In this document: positions 1 through 14,787 of the stretch, piece after piece
Layout of the letters: each line of letters opens with the position of its first letter
Numbering within the stretch: position 1 is the first letter of the stretch
Source of the DNA: Utricularia gibba
Lineage: Eukaryota; Plantae; Magnoliophyta
Assembly (NCBI GenBank): GCA_002189035.1
Contig: NEEC01000002.1
Location: 3,038,001 to 3,102,000 of the forward strand
Length of the DNA stretch: 64,000 nucleotides
Direction of reading: 5' to 3'
Program-made: the position numbers and the translations under genes
Notes under the pieces: generated by a model
Databases searched by the model: none
What the model saw: the letters and a program-made list of their open reading frames with translations, nothing else
Told to the model about the DNA's origin: nothing

Positions 1-2785
1 CATCAAGCAATTAGACATTCAATTTCATCCAATTCTGAAAAATCATCTTCATCATCTTCATCTTCATCAAAATTCTGTTCGTAATCCGGATCTCATTCTA
101 CTTGATACGAGTGTATGCATGACAAAGATACACGATCGTGATTTACCCATCAACCATGCCCATGCATATACCCGATGACTGTATGTACATCACAAAACTA
201 CGCGAGAGTGATTTATGGGTAAATCATGCCCGTGAGCATACTCGACAGCCACATATACATTACAAACCAACCACACGGGCGTGTCACGCCTGTGGATGCG
301 TGCATACATCACAAAGCCACACGGGCGTGATACATAAACAACGGCCGTGTGGTTCAGTTGTCTATGCATATATAGTTTAATTGATATATTTTAATTAATA
401 AATTTATGGATCAAGCGTTAGATTTCAATTTAATGATAAATTGTGTATTTTTATAAAATTTAAATTAATTAAAATTTTGAAAGTTCAATTAATTTACATT
501 AATTTTAATTTTTATATCAATAAGAATATAAAATCAAAATATCAATTATATATATATTTACAATTTTTATTGTAGTATATATGATATATTAAAATTTTAT
601 AACATAATTTTTTAATTATTATCAATATCATTTTTTATATTGATAAATGAATAAAATATACTAATTTTATTTATCATAAATTAAAAAAAGAAATATATGT
701 AAATTTCTCATACATTTATGTACAATGTATAGATTTCTATATATATTTTTTGATAATAGGTATAATTCTAACAGATTTGAAAAAAAATAGTGGAAAGAAT
801 GAGATTAAATGAAATTAATATATATAATTTTAACAAGTAGTTTGCAAAATACATAATGTTTTACAAACTATTTTCTAAATATATGATGTTTTATAAAATA
901 TAAACCAAAACAGTTTTATAAATTAATACTAATATTTATAATGAAATTTCGTTTATTAACATTAAATTTATATTTGTATATAATAGATAAAAAATATTTA
1001 TTTTGATAATTATTATAATACCATAATTTATACTTACTCATATAAAGAAATGAAATATAATTTTTTTAGTAAAGATACTTGTGATATTTTTGAAAATATT
1101 TTCAATTAATTGATGAAAATTGAATATTAATCTATTGAAAAATGAAGAAAACCTTTAAAATGCTAATAATTTGAAAAGTAATTTATCTTTTAATATTTTT
1201 TGATATTCCAAATCAACAGTTTTTAATATTTTATATAATATTAAATTAAATATTACATATATTTTTATATATTACAATTATATAAAAAACCTTTGTAAAT
1301 TTTTAATTTATAAATTATATGTATTTTACAAATAGTTTAGAAAATATCATAATTTTGTAAACTATTTGTAAAATATCGGGTATTTTCCAAATGAGTTTCT
1401 ATAACTATATGGACAAATCCACCCAATCTAGAAGAAGTATGTTGGGCTAACCATGAAAATCGACACAGAAGGGTGTACTTCAATGCTCAGATCGTTGATA
1501 GTCAAAGTAGAATAAGATCTACTTCGATTATCAAATGTCGTTGCAATAGCATGCAATGTAAGCAGATAAATTTTGGACGTATGCTCAAAATTCATATAAT
1601 TCAGTATATTATAATCATTTATTCTCTTTTACATCAGTGTGTAAAATTACATATTTAGAGAATTTACGTTTAACTTATTTAAAATATTCAACATATTCTC
1701 CTTTAACATGTATATTCAAATTAATAACAACGTAAATACTTGGATTGAACATTATCGTTAGTTTAACTATCACTTCTATATATTTTTATCAAGAGTATTT
1801 ATCAAGATACAACAGTCAACAAGCAATAATTCATATGGTACTTGACATGAGATGTTAGAATAAACATATGGAGGTTTATAAGATGAGTAGAATGAACTTT
1901 TGACATTGACACATGCATAATATTTTATATATGCCAAGATAGTTTAGATTACTTTATTAAAATTCTTTGATTTAAGGTTTTATTATATCTTATATATTAT
2001 CATCTTAAATTTTTACTATTTAAGTTCATTGAAATATGTAAGTTGAAAAAATGATGGTCTACGTCAATCATGTATGAAAGATTATGAATAATCAAGATAA
2101 GATTCATTATTTCAGATAAATTGAGATAAGATTTTTGATTTTCTAATTGTTTTGTTGGATAAATTTTTGATTAAGGTAACGAGATAAAAGAATGGAATTA
2201 TAGGTTCTAATTAGAAATATATCCACTATCAACAAATTAGTTTATAAATCTACCTATTATATGTATAATTGTCCAAAAGATATATTTATTTATTTATATT
2301 TTTTTAATTTATAACAACTAAAATTGTTGTATTTTTTATTTTTGTTACATTCTATTTCTGAATATTATCTTCTATTTTATGTACATTAACACCAACATAA
2401 AAAAAAAAAAAAACCTTCATCTCGTTTGTGAATATATTAAAAGGAGCACAAATCATGAAATAATGTTTACTAGCAAACTACTACTTTTATTGATGAATAT
2501 GTCCGCATGCACATAAATGCTTATCAATTTCCAATCTGTAGCATCACATTTTTTAAATAATTAATTGAAACAGCAAAATCAAATCAAACTAATTTCTTAA
2601 ATATAATATATAATATTATATTGATAAAAGATTAAAATAAATTAATTTTATTTGATATAAATTAACACAAAATAAAAAAATAAAATAGATTTCTCACATA
2701 ATTATATATAGTAAGTAGATTTGTAAATTGATTTTTTGATAGTGTGTATCTTTTTAATAAACTAACTCAATACGTATTGATTCTC

Positions 2786-3454
2786 GATAATTTTGAAAAG
2801 TACCCATTATCATAAAATATTTTTATAAAATTACTTGTTTTGTGTATTTGTGTGTATTGTGTGTATGTGAATATATGAAATTAATCATTTTTTTAATGTG
2901 TATGTAAATATTGTATTATAAATATTATAATTTGTATTTTTATAATAGTTAATAACAGTTTTCAGTACAATGTTTTTATTGAAAATCATCACCTAAAACC
3001 AACTTGTTTTTATAATAAATAATTTTTAAATGATGTTAATACTAATAATATGGATTTCATAAAATCAAAATGATTTCATATTTAAAATCAACTCGTTTTT
3101 ATAATAAATAATAATTTTTAAATAATTTTAATACTAATAATATATATTTCATAAGTTCAAAATAATTTCTTACCTAAAACCAACTCATTTCTATAATAAA
3201 CAATATTTTTTAAATAATTTTTATATTAATAATATATATGTTATAAGATCAAAATAATTTCTGAAAAAATATAAAAAATTGTTTACTGAAAATCATTATT
3301 AATTATTATAAAAATATAAATTATAATATTTATAATACAATATTTACATATATATTAAAAAATGGATAATTTCGTAAATTTACATATACACATTATACAC
3401 AATAGATAATTTTATAACTATATTTTATGACACTATGTACTTTTCCAATTGATA
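2786..3454. mobile_element. Non-autonomous foldback/MITE (Mutator-like) with ~190-bp terminal inverted arms and three internal ~90-bp tandem repeats
   Basis: Left arm ~2790-2975 is the reverse complement of right arm ~3278-3450 (e.g. gaaaagtacccattatcataaaatat vs atattttatgacactatgtacttttc). Internal units start at 2992, 3081 and 3173. No TSD resolved. Confidence 0.7.
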
Positions 3455-4638
3455 CTTTACTCCTTTGTATCATGCTTCGAAAAGAGTCTTCCAATGAGAA
3501 CCTCTAGTTCACCATGCGTGCCCAAAATAATCCTTTCCCACAACCATCACTCATCGTTGGAATTAATCGTCTTCCTCACTTTTAGTTTGTAGTTAGCTAA
3601 CCCTAAAGAAAGAAGACTAAAAGAGGAGAAAAGAAACTTGAGAAAAGGTAAAATAATTCTCAATGATTTTAGTTAACAACGGTTAATTTCTTACAAAAGA
3701 GCTTAATTTAAGATTAGCTTGACAAAAGTTGTTATACTTACAAATTTTAAATAAGGGTTGAATTGAATTAGGATATTGAGTTATTCCCTTTTTGGACTTC
3801 TTTAAAAGATAATAGTCTTCTTTTTTGGATCATTCTTTTTTAGTTTCTTCTTAGTTAAGCTCGTAAGATCAGTGGGGGAAGAGGGGGAAAAACCTCTCAA
3901 GGAGAAAAAACTTGTCCCCAAGGGTTAAATTGAGCAAACTTTTTTTTGTAGTCAAGTAAAATTTTCCCAAATAGATGAAGAGGAAATTTGCCATTTCTAA
4001 TGTTAAAAGAAAATTTGTTAATTTAATGTAATTCTATTTTTTTTATGTTTCAATTTTTTGTTGTTTATAAAAAAATCGTTTCATTGTTTTTAACAATACA
4101 TATCAATTTAAATATTTAAATTAATGATCATACATATGCTAAGTTTGAGATTTTAATTGAATTACTTTATTTTATTAAAATTCAAAATATTAACAAAATA
4201 TATTATGTAAATAAAACTATAATATATTTATTTACTTAAAATATTATATTCATTAATTTAAAGTTAACTTATGTTACAAAACATTATAATTAATTAAATT
4301 ATTTATTTATTTTATTTTCATTCGCATACATTATATTATATTGTTTTAAATAAATTTTTTTTTTCCAATTAAAGCATTTTTTAACTAATTTTATTTTCAA
4401 TTAAATAATTCAAAATTGAATTTGAATTATTCTGATATCCATTTGTATGCCAGAATAATTTTTGACATTATACTTAAACAAAAAATCAACAGTAAAAAAA
4501 TAAGATAAATTATCAATATATATATATTATTACAAATATTTAAAAAAATTAATTCAAAAGTGAGGTATTATGTCAATTTAATACAGAACGAGAGGTATTT
4601 TACTAATTAACTTGAAAGTCACCGCCTTCGTGTAACCT

Positions 4639-7600
4639 TCAACGAACTCCTGCATCAAAGCATATCACAAAGGCACATATAATTTCAATCAATCTGCATA
4701 AAGATAAAAAAATTAGAAACTGGAGAACGAAAAATCAATACTCACGATGTGACATCAATCAAGTAGTCAGGAAGGGCATTGCTGATCATGTGCATGCTCT
4801 CGGCTGAAAGCCACGTTGGTTTTGAGTCTAATGCAAGGAGCAATCTCAACAACGCACATTTATTGTGCACAGGTATTTTACTGCACTGCACAGAAAACAA
4901 GAATATTTTAATCCAATTTCAATTTAACTTTAACTATGAAACTACAGAATCAAAAATAGAAAACGGCCAACTATTGGGAAATAAAGGTCAACACAATAAG
5001 GCACAATATAGGATGTACCATTTGATGAACAATTGCCTTCTCCAGCATCTTGAAAAGAAAACTATTGCCACCAATTACAGAACAATGTGAGCAGACATCG
5101 CGGGTAATACACTTAAAAGCTACCAATTTTGCTGCTGCATCGGGGCAATCACCTGCACAACAAATAAAAAGGAGACGATAACTAAACCCAAATCATCAAG
5201 ATTTCTGCCTGCAGTAGCAGAACATGAAAAAGCAGACTGCTGAGAAGCCCAATTACCAGAAGGAACGTGGAACTGAGAGAGTAGAGTGACTAGAAAACTT
5301 AGGTAATCTCCAACTTCAATGTGGCCAGCTCTAAAAGCTGATTGCATCACCTCCAAGATAAGTAATACCACACGAATTTGAATATCATTACCTGCGGGAA
5401 AGTGACAAACAAGATTTCACAAATACTTCGAAATTTATGGTGACAGCCTCCAAAGAGAGATGCTTATGTATGATTCTTACATAAACAGCACAGCGTCAAT
5501 GACTTCAACAGAATACGATTAATGGGGGAAAAATAATAGAGGCAATAAACAGCAAGTTCTTGAACATCAGGAGGAAGGCTTCTGAATGGACCATAGCATG
5601 TTCCTGTATTGGACATCAAAAAATGAGAAAGTGCAACAATGAGAACGAATGATGTGAGTAAACGCAATCTTTGTTTCCCACCCTTATCCAACTCAATGCT
5701 GAAGAATCGGCTATAATTGTCACTCATCCTATCAATATCCAATGAAAAAACCGATGCAGCTTGTAGTGACCGCAGCTGAAGGCATAGCACTTTCTGCAGA
5801 AATAACGATAGATAATGACTCTTGGTTAACTGCAAACATATGATACACGATCCAGAAGATGGGAAAATGCCTAAAATTTGAAATAAAAAAATAAAACCTT
5901 GAAACACAATGGATCTTTGACATCTAAGGAAACTAACAGCGAAGGAAACTCTTGCAACCAATCTCGAACTTCAGTATCAAGTGACCCAGAAGAAGATTCC
6001 CATCTTTCCTGATTAAGAGCGATAATTTGTCAAGAATGGCATGAAACAATCCCATTAAAAAGAGGGTCAACCAAAAAACTAATGGAAAAACTGTTAAAGT
6101 CAAATCTTACAGGGGAAAGCATTTCTGTAATTGCAGAAACGCAAGCTAATCTTAGTGATGATTCTGAACTGGAGTTCCCGAGTGCATTAGTGAGAGCCTG
6201 GAAAATGAGAAAGAACTCATGCTCAGTGGGAGACTGATGAAACCCACAAATGTGGGAATATAAAATTTCAGACACTTAGTAAGAGCATAATAATGCACCC
6301 GGAAAATGCAGCATCTCGTGTCAAAAGATTTTTGAATAGTTAGTTTTGAAATGTGAGGTATGAGTGGTAGCACAATTTTCTGTTGAAGATGGTTCCCAGA
6401 TCCAATCTGCCAGAAATGGTATATCATAAGCAGATCATGGATAAAAAAAGATCAATAACAAATTGCATACTACTGCACATCACAGCCGATAACAATAAAC
6501 AAAATCAAGAAATGAACCCAGAAATTTGTTGACAATGGATCCACCTTTGTAGGCAGTTCGATCTTGATAAACTCAAATAATTTTCCCACTAGACCAGAAG
6601 GAAAGTTGTCCCAGTTCCGGAACAGCAAAAAAGTTTCAACAATCACAGTATTTAACATGAAGACAGAGTCATCCTGCAAGAACAAGTTTAGCAACATTAG
6701 AAACTCAAATAATCACAAAAAGATAGGAAAAATAATGGATAGAGAGAATGGTTTTAACAAAAAAGTTAATGTCCATTTAAATGCTTAGCAAAACAGAAAA
6801 TATCCTGTAAAAATGAGACAAAAGATGCAGTAAAATACAGGCACAATTTAGAGAAAGAATAGACATATTAAGGTGCAAATTTAGATACCTCCACCGAACG
6901 CCAATGACTCGTGTTGAGGGGAAACACTTCCCATAACTTCTTCAACATCAAAAAAATTAATAGATCAGGAGAAACAACATCAGGTTTCTGATAATTGTAA
7001 AACTCCTGATTTTGTTCACGATCATATGCAACGTAAACCAAATATCTGGTCGTTAGAGCAATGCATTTTAATACAACATGCATACACGTGAAAGACTGCC
7101 CATCTGTTGGTGTTCCATTCTGTATGACTTCAAAACAGCGAACAAGAGTGGGCAAAAACTCCTTCAACAGCACACCAATATCAGTGGGCTCTGTAAACGA
7201 ACAAAAAAGCACTGTAGATAATTAGACAATGTCTTCATTGCAACCCAAAAGATCAAAGGATCGACAGGCAAACCATTTGTTTCAGAGGAAACCTCCCATT
7301 CACTAGCATCATTATGGGTCACTTGATATTGATGCTGTAAAAAATAGACAAGTAATTTACACACATAATTTTGAAAACACCCTAGATGATCAGTGTTGCA
7401 ACGAATTCAAGAAGTTTATCACAAAACCCAAACAAATGATGACATCCCAGAACTCTGCTTTCTGTAAAACTCCCATTTTTTCATATGCAAGAAAAAAGAT
7501 AATTGAAGGAAAACATAACATAAAGTGGAAAAAAACGCTTTCAAATGTGTACTATGAAGACATGAAAACTAGGCATCATATTCACTTCAAGGAAGTAGAA

Positions 7601-9133
7601 AAATAGACAAAATATTTTCTTGAAAGAGAAAATGAAGATGCATCACTCAATCGAGTACATTTTCATCTGCTGATGCATCACTTTCATTATATGGCAAGAG
7701 TTTGAGGCATTGTAGCAATCCAGCAAGTATTCTACTTGTGTCCTCTAATAACTGGCTCTTCAGCAAAGCCTCCCCATAGTTTCCAAGAATCTGCAAACAT
7801 TTTCTTAGTATTGTAGGATAAGCACATTGAACAGAAAGCATCTTCATAACAGTTTCTTTCAAGTGGAAGTGACGTAGAAAGACACTAATCATCTGGACAC
7901 ATAATTAAGCATACCGGCTTTGCATAAGCTGAAAATGAGAAGGGGAAAAACTGGACAACGAGATCCAAAAAGTTGAATGCTGACAATCGCACGGCACTGG
8001 CTTGGTGAGTCATAGCATTAAATATGTATGCCATCAATAAAGAAACCAATTGCCTTGGCAGTTCCTGTAACATGAAGAAAAAAAACAACTAAAGAGTTTG
8101 CATAATGAATCTGAATGCATCATCCACTCAAAGCAAAACGTGTACTTTGAGTTGAGATCAAAGTAAAAAAGCACACATAATAACATAGAGGAAAATACAC
8201 TTAACTTTTAGTCAACCAAGTAATATTATACCATGCATAGGACATACCAACTTTGTACAAAAACGTGATGCGCGCTAACATCGTGCTAGAGCAGAAAAGT
8301 CTAGTTAATCCTAAATGTGATGTATACCTTTGCACATTTCGGGAAAACATACTGAAAAAGTCTGTACAATTCTTCCCTGACCATATGATTATCATCACGG
8401 ATGCGTTCTCGTAACTTTTCTATAATAGCAATTTTATGCAACTCCAACTCGTCTGGGTGCTCGAGCAGTATCTCTTTTATACCAAGCAATGCATCTGAAC
8501 AACAAAAAAAATTGCTGTTACAGCAATGGTATAGTCAACGATACTAGTGTGCACTCCCACATTGGAAAAAACCACCCAAACAAAAATAAATCGATAAACT
8601 CAAAACATAATGTTCTTTTTTTCATTGGCCACCCCCAGCGCATTACCCAAAGAAAAATCAGGATATTTCATAAAGTGTCATGATATATATGAACAGATCC
8701 TCCCCATTTTGTTTTAGCATTCGAAAACAGGGGTTTTACAACTGTTAAGCCGTTCGAGATGTGAAGCTCACTAAAATCCTCAAACTGCACAAGAATTACA
8801 AACCCTTTCTGACTTTGGCATTGTTATGGTTTGTGTGCTGAAGCAGTTCCTTCAGTGTCAACCCCTTCCTACTCAACGCTAACCCTTCTCTTTGGGACAC
8901 AATGCTCTGCTCTGGTAAAACGATTGCTTTAGATTTTATGTCGGTGTTTGTAGCATTCTTGGGAGGCGGCAACTTCCTTCCAATTTTCCTCTTGTATTTC
9001 TACATTGAAAAAAAATAACAAGAGCATCAACCAACAAAATGCCGTAACTTAGAAAATCAACTTGTCAGAACTATACCTTGAAATCTACACCTCCTTTTTT
9101 GGGCTTTTTCGGCTGAGACTTGAGCTTCACCAT
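4639..9133 (-). CDS. IPI1: TEX10/IPI1-like pre-rRNA processing (Rix1 complex) ARM-repeat protein, multi-exon; 3' end approximate
   Basis: Exon 1 9133-9077 MVKLKSQPKKPKKGGVDFK joins via GT-AG to KYKRKIGRKLPPPKNATNTDIKSKAIVLPEQS...LTLKELLQHTNHNNAKVRK, the typical plant TEX10/IPI1 N-terminus. Later exons include KLRERIRDD, SSLRLACVSAI, GPFRSLPPDVQELAVYCLYYF, AFRAGHIEVGDYLSFLVTLL and ALDSKPTWLS...LPDYLIDVT (donor after 4746). Confidence 0.85.
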
Positions 9134-9504
9134 CGTCGGCTGCTGTAGTGGTTAGTAAAGAAGGTAAACTTCCGCAAATGAGTTCTCCAACCCAGCGCTT
9201 AATAGACTAAACAGAACAATTTCACTAATGAACGAACACCAAGCCCACAGAGTTGCATCTAGAGAACAATACATCAACAAAAGTTTCAGCAACTGCTATA
9301 CAAGACAGGATTAAACCCATAAGAACACGACTTGTCTTATGGCTCTTAGGAACGAAACAGAAAACGAAAAGATCCCAGGATTGTTGTTGCTCCCAACTAA
9401 AAGGAGGCGTTGGTACTCCAGCCCAAAGCGCTGGAACTCAATTTCCAGAAAAACAGAAGTTGCCTTCCTCCTTGCCGCCCCGTGACGGCGAAACCGTTAT
9501 CTGT

Positions 9505-9524
9505 TGGGCCTGCCCGCATGGGCC
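9505..9524. promoter_or_regulatory. Two site II (TGGGCC) elements upstream of IPI1
   Basis: TGGGCC at 9505-9510 and 9519-9524, ~380 bp upstream of the ATG. Site II motifs are typical of plant ribosome-biogenesis promoters. Confidence 0.5.
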
Positions 9525-11554
9525 ATGTTTGCACTACCAAGTGTGTTATTGGTTTACTATGCTTTTTTATGAGTCTCAATTGAGTCTTTATTATAATTTA
9601 TGTATGATTTTCATTCTCAAGTTGCGTTCTATCGCCCCAAATCCCGGTATGGTCAGTGGTGAAAATATCAGATAGAAAATAAATTAAAAATGAGAGCATT
9701 GATTGAAAATACTTATTTAGATACATTTCATCCTAATTTGTCTACGAGACGTTAGGAGTATGAGTTAATATCCAATATGAAGAAATATGGATAAATCCCA
9801 GAAAGAAAAATGGCTTTAGGTGAGCAGTCAATCATACTCTAAGACTTGAAAGAAGATATCATATAGATAATAAAAGTAGCACTATTTTGATTATAATACC
9901 ATCAAAATTTACATAACCAAGAATTGGAGTTTACAATATTCAACAACATGAGGTTAAAGTTTGAGTAAGGATGTGTATCATTTAGTATAAATAGATGTAC
10001 ATATGAAGCTTAATAAAGAAAAGGATACTTTTAAGATTCAAAATGTATAAATGAAAAAATATTTTTTGAAGCGTAACATAATGCTATTTTTAAATTTTTT
10101 TTAATAAATATTCGAAAACAAATTGAAAGATTGTGATTATTCGAAAACTGATGAAATAATATTTATTGGAAGTTGAATGTTTCATTTCATTTTAAAAAAT
10201 AAAATCTGAATATAAATGAAAAAATGAAGATTATATTTTTTACTTATATATTTCAAAAACTTCCATTAAAGGAATCTAAATTTGGAACTCGTTTTACATA
10301 TTTTCGTCTCAATTGCACAATCATTTTAAATTTTTTAAATTCTGGAAAATCTAATTGATTTATTTTTATTAATGCTTTCAGACACGTAGTATTAAATTGT
10401 CCTTTTAAAAATATACTTCTAGAAATATATAAAAATTATATCTTCTAAATTCAGTTCTTATATTTTTTACAAATATAGTATAAGAAATTTTAATTGTTTT
10501 TATTTTCTTTTTAATGAAATAAAATATTTAATAATAATAATTTATGGTATTTTGACATTTAATTATGCACTATATAATTATTTTATACTAAGTTTAAAAA
10601 ATAAAAAAATCATATATTCATTTCATAAAATAATGTATTTAAATCTTTTTTTATATTTTTTATATAAAATATTGTCTTTTTTTAAACAAAAAACCCATAA
10701 TGATATATATTATAGAAGTGGCTAATTTTCTTAAAGACCATCGACAGCGTTTCGGATGCTATTATTTAGCACTTTTTCACTTCACATTAATTGAATGTGT
10801 TATCTGGTTTTCGATTTTAGATCAATTTTTTTAACATTAATTCTAATTAATGGTTGAAAAATAAAAGAAAATTATAAACAGATGTCACAATTTGAAAAAA
10901 AAAAAAAAGAAAACTCAGGGATAGTGTACACCTGAAAACAAATATTGAGAAGGTTTGAAAAAGGTTACAAGAATTCTTCTTGTTGAAATCTTTAATCAAA
11001 AGATGATGATTCAAATATTTTTCTATTTTTTATATAATTATGGAAATAAGATGTGTTTGGTTATGTTATTAAATCCTTATAATACTATCTTATTCTAAAT
11101 TATTGATATTTTTATTTTTCGGAGCTAGATGTGTTGGGAATTAATTTGCATATAAAATATGGATTTTGTAAACCTTGATATATTTGTATGATATGAGATT
11201 TTGTAAATGTTTTTTAAATAAAAGAATTATCAAGTAATTATATTATTTTAAATAAAAATGATGATTAAAATAATTTTTTGGAGTAATAATGTCTTTTTAT
11301 TCATGAATCAACAAAGTATATTTATTTTTTAATAAATACTTTTTTTTGCATTTTTTCTTTCATGCGCATGTGGAAGTTCGCCCACAACAATTAAGAGTAT
11401 TGCTCATTAAAGGATGTGATATATTTGTCGACGTGGTCACATGTGTTTCTGGTAAGCATAAGAGCGAAATAGGAACCAAATTAAACCCTAATTTGTAAAC
11501 AATTAAGAATAATCAAATCATTACACTGGCAGATTGACATGGAGGGAGCTGCCT

Positions 11555-12402
11555 TCATTTTCTTTTGGTTTTTGTGCTTTTTCTGTTTGATCTCGGAGTT
11601 GCAGGAGCTTCAGGGACTGCGTACATGTCTGCTGTGATCTCTGTCAGCCAGGATCCTGGAAATAACTGCTGCAACGGAATTCAGGGGTGAAGTATCAGAA
11701 TACGAGTAAATAATTATTGATCGGAGAAGAAGGGCGATTGGGGGGCGGAGAGGTTACATCTAATGAGTTCTGAACGGTTTTGGATCTTTTCTTGGGCCGG
11801 CGAGACGGCCGTCGACCAAATATTGCGATGAAATCCTCTTCGATTTCTGGCTTCGAAAGCGGAATTGAGAATCTCGCTCGTTTCCTCTTATCGCACATCG
11901 CCGCCGCGCCGTTGCAATAATTCCTATCGGATGGCGATTTGTGGATGGTGGCTACTGCCGTCGTGTCCGGAGACTGCATCGGGGGGATTACAGAGCCAGT
12001 TACCGGCGAATCCTTTCCGAATCCGTTGCCACCGACACTTCCACGGGCAATCACTGATGCAGCCCGCCTCGGTCTCAAGTCCCGCGATGGCGACGGCGGC
12101 GGAGGCAGAGAAGTTTGATTTAAGCCTGCGTTCCAAATCGCGTCCCTCATTTTATCCGCCGCAATCTGCAGATCGTGAATCACTTTCATTCTCATCGCCT
12201 CAATCCCATTCTCGTCCTCGTCGCCGATTCCCACTTCCGGCGATCCAACGAGGACACCCTCGGAATCCAGGTTCCGGGGCCGTCGCGTGAGATGATCGGG
12301 CAAACCATGACCCCTCCTCCGGTGGCGATGACTTCCCCAGCCCACGTTACACGTCGGCGTGAAATTCCGCAACACTTTCCATCTTCCTTCCTCCAGAGCC
12401 AT
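11555..12402 (-). CDS. DUF1639 family protein (2 exons: 12402-11758, 11668-11555)
   Basis: FSIPLSKPEIEEDFIAIFGRRPSRRPKKRSKTVQNSLD spliced to QLFPGSWLTEITADMYAVPE is the DUF1639 signature; canonical GT-AG intron. Confidence 0.85.
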
Positions 12403-14787
12403 ATGTCCGTCCCTGTAATCGGAAACCCCCAGACTCGTTTCCCGAGATTGCAACGACGGTTAACCTCTACCCTCTAATGTACGCCGCCGCCTCCTCGGAA
12501 TTCCAGGAAGAGAATACACGGAGATTGCGAGCTTTTGATGTTTAAGCATCAAAGAACCAAACCTACACAACAAATAGTCGATGCCGGATAAGCCCAGACT
12601 GCCCTAAAAACAATACTAATGAATTATCCTTTTTTAGGAAACTGTTTTAAAATGTATATTGCGATATTTTAATGTCCATCCGTACATAAAACTATAGAAT
12701 ACAATATAATTCAAATATACAAGCTGAATAATTCCATTTAATTTTTTTTGTAATTTTATTGGGCTTTTGTAAGTGGGCTGTGGAGCAAAAATAAAAAACA
12801 ATTGGGCTGCAACTCATGCAGTCCACGTACCGCGGCATCAAAAGGGAATTTTACCTCTCTACAATGGGGATCTTTTGAATATGAACTTTTTGTATTGAAT
12901 GAAATGTATTTTAAATTTCATTTTTAACATTTAAATTTATTATATATATTAATTTTTATTCAATCACCCTTTGAATACATAACCACGGAACTTCATTTTT
13001 CGACTGTATTTAGTAATATTAATCAAAATAATTTTTTAATGTAAAGTGAATTTGGATATGTAAATGGTATTTAATTTATATTTTATTTGTAAAACAACTC
13101 CAATTTAAGTATTTTTTTGTGCTCATTTAATAATTTATCATTAGTTATAATTGTTATTATAGGTTTTTCATTATCAAGTGATTTTCTTCTATTTTATGTT
13201 TTATAATCTGGTAGAACAGTAATTATTATATTATATGATATTAGATAACATTATGCAATAGTATCAAGAAAATTCTATTATTTACTTATTTATTAATAAT
13301 GAAATACAAATCCATTTATTTAATGGATTTTGTTAATCCTATGATATAAAAAGATAATATAATTTTTCTAATTATCAGTTTCATTTTCGAATTTATTATA
13401 CATCTTCAATATTTCATAAAAATTATCTCTAATTTGAAAGATATATAAAAAATATATTTTAAAAATTTTGAACTATGAAAATTTTATATAATATTATTTA
13501 TTTTTAATTATTTAATGATTTATATAAATATTGATATTAATAAGATTAAAAATAAAAATGCTTATAAATTATTAATTGAACATGTAATAATTTTTTAAAT
13601 AACATTTTTTATAAAATATGTAACTGGTTTTCAAATCAACTATTTTTTTTGTAAATTAGTTACAGCCGTATTCAATGGCTAATATGTTAAAATATTATAT
13701 TAAACAAGTCTTAAAAGTTTGATTGTTTTTTTTAAAAAAAAATCAATAGTTAAATTCATGTACATCAGATTTAAATATTGTTCGTCTTTTAAATTGAACA
13801 ATAATTTTGGATGAATTACAAAAATGAACATGTATCGTACAATGTTTGAAAAAAAATAAATATCGTATATATAAATTTTTTTATCCTAATATATAACAAA
13901 GAAATTGAGAATAACTATTTTATGAATGGCGAGTTCTAGAACAGACTCATATTGTTCATTTTGAAGTTCACAAACACAAACTATTTTTGGGGTTTAAAAT
14001 TTACAATTGACGAGGCGTACGATTGAATGACGTGGGAAGCGTGTAAATGAATTGGAATAAGATCACGGCAACCTTCGCCAAACTTGTACCATGGCTGCAT
14101 TTCATGGTCCATCACCCTCCTGCATTCTTCCCAATTAGCGTCTACATGCTTTGAATGTGTAACCCCTCGTGGTCCACTCTCCAGCGTAACCCCTTTTTTT
14201 TTTATAACAACAATAATTCCTCATCCATAATTTCATTCTTTTTTTTATTATTTACATTCTGATTTTCATTTTCATACACATAATGCAATTCAAATAAGCC
14301 CATCGGTCGGGGTTAATTTTACTTTATTATCACATAAAATGATAAAATAGTGTTTTTTAAAGTATCTTGTGCGGTTAAATTTAAAATGTATTTGATAAAT
14401 AAATTTAATTATATATTAGTGTGTATGTATCGCAAGTTCAAAATTGTCCAATATTGATTTAAAATAAATTTCGTGAAATTTTTTTGTTACGTATTTTCTT
14501 TAAATAAATCGTCCTCCAAAACCATGAATTTAAGAATTTGTCCCATTAAATATTCATTAAAATGTAACAGTTAGGTAAATATTTAGTATATTAAAATAGG
14601 AATATATCGAGGTATATATAGCCCTGTGCTTTAGGAAATTTAATTAAACGTGACTTTGACTTGGTTAATTACGGTTTAATGAGAATATAACGCAAGGTAA
14701 CCCGATTCACTGCTTCTACTTCGCATTTGACTCGAAGAGCCTTCTCCTTCATTCTCAATGAGAATTTAACGAACGGACTCCGGCTCT

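Noticed and set aside
830-1390. Second foldback/MITE candidate
   Set aside because: Inverted matches are short and low-complexity in extremely AT-rich DNA.
11865-12477. Plus-strand ORFs of 141 and 100 aa opposite DUF1639
   Set aside because: Antisense shadows of a GC-rich exon.
14009-14036. Two TGACG motifs as an as-1 element
   Set aside because: Spacing is 20 bp rather than the 12 bp of as-1.
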